Source of the DNA: the human T2T-CHM13v2.0 reference genome, Homo sapiens | Assembly (NCBI RefSeq): GCF_009914755.1 | Contig: NC_060930.1 | Strand: one strand, 5' to 3' | Length of the DNA stretch: 64,000 nucleotides | Part shown: positions 54,373-64,000 of the stretch, one piece after another | Layout: the number at the start of each line of letters is the position of its first letter | Position numbering within the stretch: the first letter of the stretch is position 1 | Made by a program: the position numbers and the translations under genes | Notes under the pieces: model-generated | What the model was told of the DNA's origin: nothing | The model's database searches: none | The model's input: only the letters and a program-made list of their open reading frames with translations

Positions 54373-55448
54373 ATGCAAGTTGGGTACAAAAAATTAATTG
54401 AAGTTTTTGATAAGCGTAATTTTAAAAATCAGACAATACTCTAGTGCACTAGCAGAGTGTGTTATTGAAAATAAATGTGGTGAATCATTTAATAAATCAA
54501 AAATTACTTTGTAACTTTTAAATCATCTCTTTACCTGCTTTTCTCTGAACCATTTCTATTCTTGTAGGGATCTGGAATTACTGAGGAAATGCAGTATAAT
54601 GTTGACATGGAAATGCTGGGTAGAGGGAAGGGATGACATCTTGGCTTTTATATTTCTTACTTTTGAGAATATAATATTTTTTTTTACTTTATGGTAACAC
54701 ATTTTGATTTTCTGGTCCCCGATGACTCCTCTGCCTGCCCTTAATCAGGCTTTCTCGAGTCCTTATTTGTGCTGGTTTTGGTACATAAGCATAAATATTT
54801 CATTACACCTATTCCTACTAAACCACATCTACGTTTATGCTTTGAATTCTTTTGTATTTTTTGAAGCATCAGTAAACCCACTCAGTTGGAATTGTATACA
54901 GCCTGAGAATACAACCCTTCAACTCTATTCTCCAAACCACTGAAAATGATAGTTGAAACACATGTGGGACACTGAATCCTACCACGGCTGCTGCAAACCC
55001 ATGGGGGACCTTTGTGCAAACTAGAAAAAGGTGTGCCTTCCTATGGGCAGATGTAACGCTGAGTGGCGCACATGGGATGGAGAGCAAGGGCAGGCTGGAC
55101 TTCAGCCCCACTCACTGCCACAACTGGGCCCCAAAGTGCCAAAGATGACCTGTCATTAATCACGCTACAAAGAGACTTTTAATTTTCGTGGGCTATGCTC
55201 AAAGCTCCTGAGCTAGGGTCTAGTTTGAGCCTTTTGTTAGGCATATCGTGTAGGATAAAGGCCAAAGAATCAGGGAAACTGAATAACAACTGAGAGAAAT
55301 TTAAACTCAGAAGACAATGTCAAAGTCAGGTAAATGTGAATTTATGGAGATCATATATAGTGTTAAAAAGTTCTGGAGTTGGACAGAAATTCTAGTCTGG
55401 CCACTTACAAAGGCCATTTCACTGCAACTCATTGAAAAAAAAAAATCT

Positions 55449-55753
55449 GGCCAGGTGTGGTGGCTCATGCCTGTAATCCCAACACTTTGGGAGGCTGAAG
55501 CAGGTGGATCACAAGGTCAGGAGTTCAAGATCAGCCTGGCCAAGATGGTGAAACCCTGTCTCTACTAAAAATACAAAAAATTAGCCAGGTGTGGTGGTGG
55601 GCGCCTATAATCCCAGCTACTCAGGAGGCTGAGGCAGAGAATTGCTTGAACCCGGGAGGCAGAAGTTGCAGTGACCCGAGATTGCGCTATTGCACTCCAG
55701 CCTGGATGACAGAGTGAAACTCTGTCTCAAAACAAACAAACAAAGAAACAAAA
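55449..55753 (+). mobile_element. AluSg-like
   Basis: ggatcacaaggtcaggagttcaagatcagcctggccaagatgg. Confidence 0.96.
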
Positions 55754-55773
55754 CCTATAAAACAGTGAAAATA

Positions 55774-55953
55774 CCATATTTCATAGAATCTAAGACAATG
55801 TCAACTAGAAGACCAATCGCCAATACAGAGATTTTTAAAATGTAAAAAAAAAAAAAAAAAAAAAAAAGGCCAAATGGGACAGTTAAATACATCCCGACAA
55901 CACAGATGTTAAGAGTGTAAAAACTGTGTCCTTAGAATCTGTGACATATATGG
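55774..55953. mobile_element. MER104-like TcMar-Tc2 MITE
   Basis: TA|ccatatttcatagaatctaaga...cttagaatctgtgacatatatgg|TA. Confidence 0.7.
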
Positions 55954-58799
55954 TAAAACCCACCTTACAGGTGTGTCTCCTCCCTGTGAGGATTAAATGA
56001 GATAACATAGGTCAAGTTCTCAGGCCAGCCTGGAGTAAGTGCTCAATAAATGCTGAAGGCTGCTGTTACTGCTGGTGTTGTCCTTGTAATTTGGAGCTGG
56101 CAACAAATAGTAACAAAAGGATATACTTGATCCGGGTCATCATAATCTAGCAAAACAGCCTGGATGTTGTCTTTTCCTTACTCCAGGATAAGTTACAAGA
56201 AGCAGACATGCAGGAGGTAGGTCCAAAAGTAAACCTCCAATGACGCTTAAGTACAGAACATGCACAGAACTGACAAATAGCAAAAACAGTCTGGTTTATT
56301 CTGCCGACAGAGACCCAGATCTGAGAAATGATTTTCCCAAATCCCAAATGTACAAGAGAAACATTTTTTAAAAGGGCATTGGTCAAATGGTGGGTTGGGG
56401 GGTTCTTTGAATTTGGAGTAGGGGGAAAAAAACTTCCAGAATATTTTGCTAGCTTTTCTAGTGTTTGTTTTTCTCTTTCTTTGCCTCTCACTAACAGCTT
56501 CTTCTATTACATTCCCCGTGATTTTTGAATTGATTGCTGAGTGCCTCACTAGTGAAAACCCACTGTGCAGCCTCCTGTGATGTGAGTTTTCATTTAGGCC
56601 TGGAGGGGTCTGTGGAGGGATGAAGAGGTGCCAAGAGGTGTCAGTCAAGCTCTTTTACCTGCCTGCAAGGCAGCTGTTTCAGGACTAGTCTGGAGTGGGC
56701 CTTAAGCCAGTGAACAGCCATTCATTGTCCTTTGTTGCCAAAGACAATGCTGCCAGTGGTAAAACAGTGATGATGTAAAAAAACTAATGCCTGGATTCTA
56801 GTAAGCAAAACCATGCCTGGCTTATGCCACTGCCTCTAAAGCAGTCTACTTCTTTTCCCAGTTTGGGCTCAGTGGCGTTTTTGGAGACATGACAGATGGA
56901 AGCAGGGTGTAAATGAACATGTGCGAAACCCCAGCCCATGTGAAGAAAAGCAGCCGAATGATCTTGTATATGGAACAGGTAGATACAATAAAAATGGCTC
57001 TCCGACAGAAACACAGACTCTTATTATTTTTCAGGGAGATTTTAAATTGGTTACTCCTCCCATTTCTTATTTCAACTTATTTCAACATCAGGATTGATGT
57101 AAATGGCGTCTAGAGAAAGACAAAAAGGAGTTTGTGGCAAGAGTTTATCTACCTAGTTGGGTTGGCTTCTTTTAAGAGAAGGAAATTATATGGAAGTTCA
57201 GACTGATTATGCCATATAAAAATTAGATATTATACAGCCACTACTAAATTGATAGCCTTTAGGGAGTTTTGAGAAGGAAGGCAGCTCAAGAGGCAGCTGT
57301 GGATCACAATGTCAGAGAAAAAACAAACTACCCGAGGAGACAGTGGCAACCTGAACTTTAAACATGTGGGCTGACTGGTTTGCAGTTCACAAATACAGCT
57401 TTTGTTTCTTCTCTGCAGGCCAATTACGTGTGTACCCCTCGGCATCTCAATCTTGCCTCAGGGTCCAGAGGCAGGATGTAGCCCAGTTTGGGAGTGGAGC
57501 TGAGTCACCATCCCGTGCAGACAGGGCAAATTCATGTCATGCTCCTGCCTCCTGCCTCCTAGATTCACTGAAGGACTCCTTGGGGACTGCAAATTCCATT
57601 TGATTTCATTTCTCCCTAAGAAAAATGCACTCACTCATATCCTAAATTTCCAGAAACTTGTGTCCTTCAAGGTTGCCTTGGAAATTTTAAATGTGTGTAC
57701 AAGTTCCACCTTCCTCCTCCTTAGTCCTAACCTGGTGTCTGAGATGTCGTGATGGCAGGCTACTCCCTGAGGTCAAGCACCGTGAGGGGGTATTCAGTAA
57801 TACGGCTGAGTCTCAATGACCCACTCACCTGGGCCCCTTGGATTAGAGCACAATTTGAAAGATGGGTGGCCAGGAATGGGTCTCACTGTGGTATTTGCAT
57901 AAAGTGAAGTGAAGACTGGCATTGGCTTTATAGGCATCACTGAATTAGCTATGTTCTTGGCAGCAATGGAAGCTTGAATCTCAATATTGGTGTGAACTAT
58001 GCTTGTTATTTTCTGGATAAAACAAATGTTTACTTGTCCAGATCTTCTCCTAGCATATCTGGGCCCTTTGAACATGAATTATAAGCAGACATCTTCTCTG
58101 GGCAGATCAAATGACAGCCCTCAGTTGGTTGGCCCTTGGCTCTTGGGCAGGAAACACCTGTGCAGATTTTAAGGCAGCCCCCAACCTGCCTAATCTTCAG
58201 AATGTGGCAAACTTGCTCCACCAACATACACGATTGCACCACAGTTATGGGGAATTTGTAGTTATTTCCATTGTACTCAGAGTGAAAAACTAAGTATATT
58301 AGTATAGTCAATTGGTGCCTTCCATCATTAGTCTATTTCATTAATGTTGGAACGGTTTTATTTTGGTTTACAGAGTAAGATATTTTTTAAGAGCAAAAGT
58401 TTATATTATTTCTTAGGGAGAAACAGTTTATAAAAGGTCTTCTCTCTTATCCCTCCAAGGATGAAAACAGACCACTGGGTCCCTTGAGGTAAGAGGATGC
58501 TGACAAATTGGCCCTGGCTCCACTGAAGTCAGCTTCCTCTTTCCCCTCCTTCTCCCCTTCAAGCCAAGTAGACTATCACTGCCCACTGTCTGGGACTGGG
58601 ATGCCCCCCCAGCAGAGTGTCTGCCTTCCCACCTGAAGGAGATCAGCCTAGGATCAATTTCCTTATTGGTGTGGGTGACTGGGCCCTCTGAGAATCAGAT
58701 GAGCTATGGATGGACATAATCTTCAGAAAAATACAAACATTCCTAACTCCCAGTTTTTCTCATGCAGTTTTAGGATGTTCAGGAATCCAGGTCAAGAAA

Positions 58800-59220
58800 G
58801 GGGTTTGAAATCTTTTTTTGTGCCAGCGATCTTCTGGCAGTCTGATGACCTTACGGACCCCTTCTCAGGATAATAATTTGGTGCATAAATTAAAATACGC
58901 AGGCTTTTAAGATAAACCAATTATATTGAAATAGTTATCAAAATTGTAAAACCTTTTGTGATACAGAAATATCTATGTACTTTTATATAAATGTATTAAA
59001 TAAAAAGATCTAATGGTGAGTCTAATAACCACTGTAATTTTGTACTGATAGCACAAAAGATATTTTACAACGTCTGCCCCTCTGTGATATGACATGCAAG
59101 CCTCTGTGACTTCCACTGGGTTCATCATTGAGGTGGTGCTAAGTTTCAGTTAGAGGTTAGTAGAAATACAGGGGCATTTCTCTCCTATCAAGATCCTGGA
59201 CCTTAGGTCAAGAACTCCTG
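58800..59220 (-). mobile_element. Charlie4a-like hAT element, with a Charlie4z-like piece at ~58660-58797
   Basis: ggaccccttctcagga...tttcagttagaggttagt...aggtcaagaactcctg. Confidence 0.8.
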
Positions 59221-59613
59221 AGACACAAGGATTCTGAGTGTGGCTGTTGGCTGTGTCTCTGGGTCTGGCTGCCTCAGCCCCTTCTGTCTCAGGCCACAGA
59301 GGGGACTGTGGGGCTCCTGTTTACCGACCGAGACAAACTGAGGCTATCGTGATTTTTATATTCTGTTAGAAAAATTAAAGGGGGCACTCACAGTGGCTTC
59401 TGTCCTGTCCTCACTTGTAGGCGGAGAAAAGGGGGTAGTAAGAGAGACCCAGCGGGCCAGCTGTGAGCCAGTAACTGCTGCCTTCTCCAGCACAGAGGTG
59501 AGGCACAGGGATCGCCTCTGTGAAGCTGCCCTGGGCCTGGGAGATGGGTCTCTGTGGTATCTTTTAGTTTGGGATGAAAAAAACATTGTCCTCTTACTTT
59601 TAAAAGGATTTGA

Positions 59614-59958
<345 letters not shown>

Positions 59959-60492
59959 TTAACTTCACCTTTGCAGGGGTACTCACCTAAGTGGGGAGCC
60001 CTCCGTGGCAGCCTCCACCTTGGGAAGGCACGATGGCTTGTTTTTGCTTCTTATCCTTCCACCAGCTTATTGACTGATGCTAAAATATCATACCTGTGCC
60101 AAATATGCTAAGTAGAAGCTTTGGGAGGTGTAAGAGTGTTTCCCCATACTTGAAATACGAAATGACGTCTCACTGTAACCGTGAAGTTATGATTAGCTGA
60201 GCTACTGCTGAAAAACACCAGGGAAAAGCACAACTCTCTGATTGGGATGCTGGAGCTCAGGTCTGCCTGAGGATGAAAAGTTCAAGTTCTAGACAAAAGA
60301 AAGTGCTTTTCCTGCTGGGTGGTGGGAGGGATCACACACTTCCTAGGGAAGGCTCTCAAAGCAGCTTCCTTGGCAGGGGCTCTCCTGAAACTGGCCATTT
60401 GGGGCTTCATGGCCATTTGGAGGCACATCATGACCTGATTTTCACCAGGAAAATGGTTTCTGAAAGAGGCTCACAGAATATCATCTGCTTAC

Positions 60493-60548
60493 CAATTTTA
60501 CTTCTTGCTTCATTTATACTTTCTCCCAGGGCCTTGGCTTCAGAAAAT
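60493..60548 (-). CDS. KIF6: KIF6 internal coding exon (56 nt, probably exon 15): (R)FSEAKALGESINEARSKI(G)
   Basis: Minus strand reads ttcccctccag|ATTTTCTGAA...AAAATTG|gtaagc; phase 2 in, phase 1 out; peptide matches recalled KIF6 sequence. Exon number is from memory. Confidence 0.93.
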
Positions 60549-60945
60549 CTGGAGGGGAAAAAAATGAAAATTGTAGTTTTTCTGTTCATCCTACAAGATG
60601 TTTTAAAAATAATAGATTTCTTAGAGGTCACTAAAATATGATGAAACTTTATTGAAAGACACAAAAGAAAAATCTAAATAAGTAAAATATATTAGGCTTA
60701 AAAATAGAGAGAAAATTGGTATTAATTATAGGTATTGTTAATTTTTACTCTATCCAGCACAGAATTTGTATTCTCATAGTCTCTCATTTATGACTTTTAA
60801 TTTATATTATTTCATGATGCAAAGATATCAGAATAAAGCCTGGCTGTAAGGTTTCTGTGCTGTGTTCTATTGATTATGATACCAAGATCTTATAACCAAA
60901 GAATATATACTTACATAACTTTTTTCTGATTATAAAATAATATAT

Positions 60946-61171
60946 CAGAGGTTGTAAAACTATGGCTGGTTATGAGACAAATCTGGCCTGCTGCCTGTTT
61001 CTGTAAATAAAGTTGCCCTGGAACACCGCCACTTCTATTCACTGACGCATTTTCTGTGGCTGCTTTCACGCTACAAGACAGAGTCGACTAGATGTGACAG
61101 AGACTGCGTGGCCTACAGGGCTGAAAATATTTTCTACCTCACCCTTTATAGAAGAAGTTTGCTGATTCCTG
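60946..61171 (+). mobile_element. MER58A-like hAT MITE inside an old L1 fragment
   Basis: cagaggttgtaaaact...agtttgctgattcctg TIRs; aaataaagtt core. Confidence 0.85.
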
Positions 61172-64000
61172 TTATATACCGTTATTAAGCCAGATTTTGA
61201 AAATACAAAAACAAGAAAAAAATTCTCAAGTACTCCTCTACCCAGAAATAAGCACATTGGATACACGTATCCACCCCGTCTTTTATAGAGCCAGTTTTTA
61301 TAGGGTTGGGATCATAATACAGATATGATTTTGTGCCCCGATGTTTTTTTTTCACTTAGCATTGTAACATAAGTCCTTCCCTGTATTATGAGATGCATAC
61401 CTTTGATGGCTTCATGCTAGTCTACTAGATTGCTGTGCTAATGTTTAGTGAGTGATTCCTTTATGTTTCTGGCCTATGTTTGAGACACCCACGATGAGCC
61501 AACTTTGCGCTAGAGAAGCAGACAGGACATGGCCTATGTGAGAACATGTAGTTCAGTCCCTATACATAGTGGGCCCTCATGAAATGTTAGTTGCTTTCCC
61601 TCCTCTCCTTTCTGCCATGAAGTTAAAGAGACAATTGAAAGCCTATGAAAGCAAGCACCTAATAGATAGCTGAATTAAATGGCTGTACCTTGGCGGGGCT
61701 AGTCATGCCATTAGCGTTTGACTAGGGAGTGGCCTGTCCACGAGTGAGCGGAGAGCTGTCAGGAAAGCTTCATGTACAAGGTGGGAGTGACCTGGGTTTT
61801 GTGGATCCACAGGAGTTTTTAGAAAATGTTTTATTATGAAAATTTCCAAATATACACAGGATAGTAGAATGAACCCTAACATACCCAGTATCACATTTTA
61901 TTAATTGTCTAGTTTTATTTCAACTATTTCCCCTCCTCCTCCGCACTCTTCTCTTCTCACTTCCCCATCTCTAATATCCCGGCAAATCCCAGATATCCTA
62001 TTGTTTCATCCTTGAACACTTTAGTTGACTGGGATTGTGTTGGAGGAAGTGAGCAGAGGAGGGCATTCCAGGCAGGGGAACAACAAAAGCAAAGGCCAGA
62101 GTGCCACGACTGCTCTGTGTTGGATGGAAAAGAAGTGTGAATTATGTCATTGCTATTTTCCAAATCTGTCTGCTTGGCCTGGGACTGTGGACAGGAGGTT
62201 TCCAGGGAAGGGGACTAAAGTTTTTCTCAATGTTAGTTTCTTGGGACTCCGCCCCTGGCTCCCTTATTAAGGCTGTTCAGGCTCATCGTAGATTATGTAT
62301 GTTCTCTCCTCAGCGACGGCCTGTCACCTTCCAGGGAGAAGTACAGTTCCACTTGATGCAATTCAGACATTTACATGATGCACAGGTCACTGTGCTGGGC
62401 TCTGTGGGCTCATATGGCCTCTGCTGCTGGGCAGGCATAAGGCGACATTTGCTGCAGGCCATTTGGAAGATGAGGACCATCTTCAACTCTCCATTCTGCC
62501 AAGGGAGGGCCTATGATCATTTCATCACTGCTCTGTCCATCCCTAGTACCTAGGATTCATAGGATCTGACAGTCACACGTTGCTCAACGAGTGACTCCTC
62601 CCATTTCCTGTTCCATAGGCTTCTGGAAGCTTTAGACTCTTCGGAATAAGGAAAATACAAGAGCAAGGGTGCAAAACTGCTGAAATTCACACTGAAATTC
62701 ACATCAATGCTGGAGGAAACCAGAGTACAGATAGAAAAGGAAGACAACATAAGCAGAAGAAGGACTTTCCACCGCAGTGCTGCCCAGAGAATCCCTGACA
62801 AGCCTGGGATGGAGTCCCCCAGCCTTGGCGGTGCCCAGATGTGTCTGGGGGGCCTGGCAGAGGGAGCCGCTGAGTGCTGTGGTCAACTCTCTCCAAAGAG
62901 CCGCCCTGCTCCAGAGCTGGCAGAAACTGTGTGGAAAGCCACGAGCTGTTCCTGTTTCTCTGTTGCAGCCCAGTCCTGAGCTAAAAAGGGCTTTCCCACT
63001 GGAGAGGTGTGGTCTGAGGGCTGTGCAGTCTTCATGAGACCATTTTCCCGTCACTCTGGAAGTTGTCACCACTCCAGGCCACCCCACCCACATGTGTTCC
63101 TGATCCCTGGTTGTCAAGACGAACTCTGAAAGGCCCAACCCTGAGTGTGTAGAGGGAAAGAGCAAGTGTCAAAGGAGATGGGAGAGATGAGAAGGCTAAG
63201 GACTTGGTTAGGAAAGATGCGAGAAAGAGGGTGACCCCATCAGTGCTGCCACGTTCTTCCTGGCCCACCTGCATCTCCACGCCTCTCCAGCCAGCCCCAG
63301 TCTCCCTCCCTCCTCACTTACTCCCTTTCCTCCTGCCCCTCCGTCTGAATTCTGCTCACCTAAACTTCACCAGGGGGAGTTTCCTGCCTCCTGATTATCT
63401 AAAAGGCGCATCCTCATCCATGAGATGGCTCAGGGAGCCAACTTTTGGCCAAGGGTATGCTGCACCCCTGTACGATATCCTAAGGTGCTGCTCACTGCTA
63501 TGCTGATGAGGCTGCACCTTGAGGAGGGGCAGGAAGGTTGTGTAACTCAGCCAGGACCACTGATGAGCGCCCGAGGGTTTCTTTCTATTGGTGCCAAAGC
63601 ATTCCTATTAGGGCGTCGTTAGTTGTGTGGCTGGCTTTGGGGAGTGTAAGATAGCTGGGTGCAGTTCCAGTGTGGATGCAGGCAGGCTGCCATGTCACCT
63701 GCACACAAAATCCTGTGCAGGGGCAGGGGCTGGGCTTGGAAGGGAGAAGGAATGCGATGCTCTGCTGTTCTTCTACTAGCCTGGCTTCCCGTAACACCCA
63801 GCCCTCCTCAACTATGGCTCCCACTGTGTGCCAGACAGGTACTTGCAGACCCTGGGGAAATGCTCTGTTATTGGCTTCCAAGGGCCCCGGCTCTTCTGTC
63901 TTTTTCCCCCTCTCTCTGGCACCTCCTTCTCAGTCTCCTTTGCTGATGTGTTCTGCAGCCTGTTCCTTGAATGTTGATAATCCACAGGATTTTGTCCTAG

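Overview
Primate (human-like) genomic DNA lying entirely inside one minus-strand gene that I recognise as KIF6 (kinesin-9 family). Four coding exons are present (60548-60493, 26216-26166, 3064-2980, 1076-941). All have canonical AG/GT ends and matching phases, and they splice into one open frame for the C-terminal coiled-coil region (RFSEAKALGE...EEATNLQ). The rest is intron, dominated by ordinary mammalian repeats: 10 Alus, old L1s, L2, L3/CR1, MIR, ERVL/MaLR LTRs and hAT/TcMar MITEs. Subfamily names are from memory of consensus sequences and repeat edges are approximate. I see no evidence of a new multi-gene system, and almost all ORFs in the track are repeat-derived or chance. The best leads are post-transcriptional or regulatory: (1) a candidate cryptic poison exon directly upstream of a ~340-nt UG-rich tract (TDP-43-type architecture); (2) a 113-codon in-frame read-through past the last exon ending in a hydrophobic tail; (3) a perfect palindromic RFX X-box; (4) inverted Alus bracketing the last two exons; (5) two locally templated inverted-insertion scars. 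All of these are hypotheses to test.
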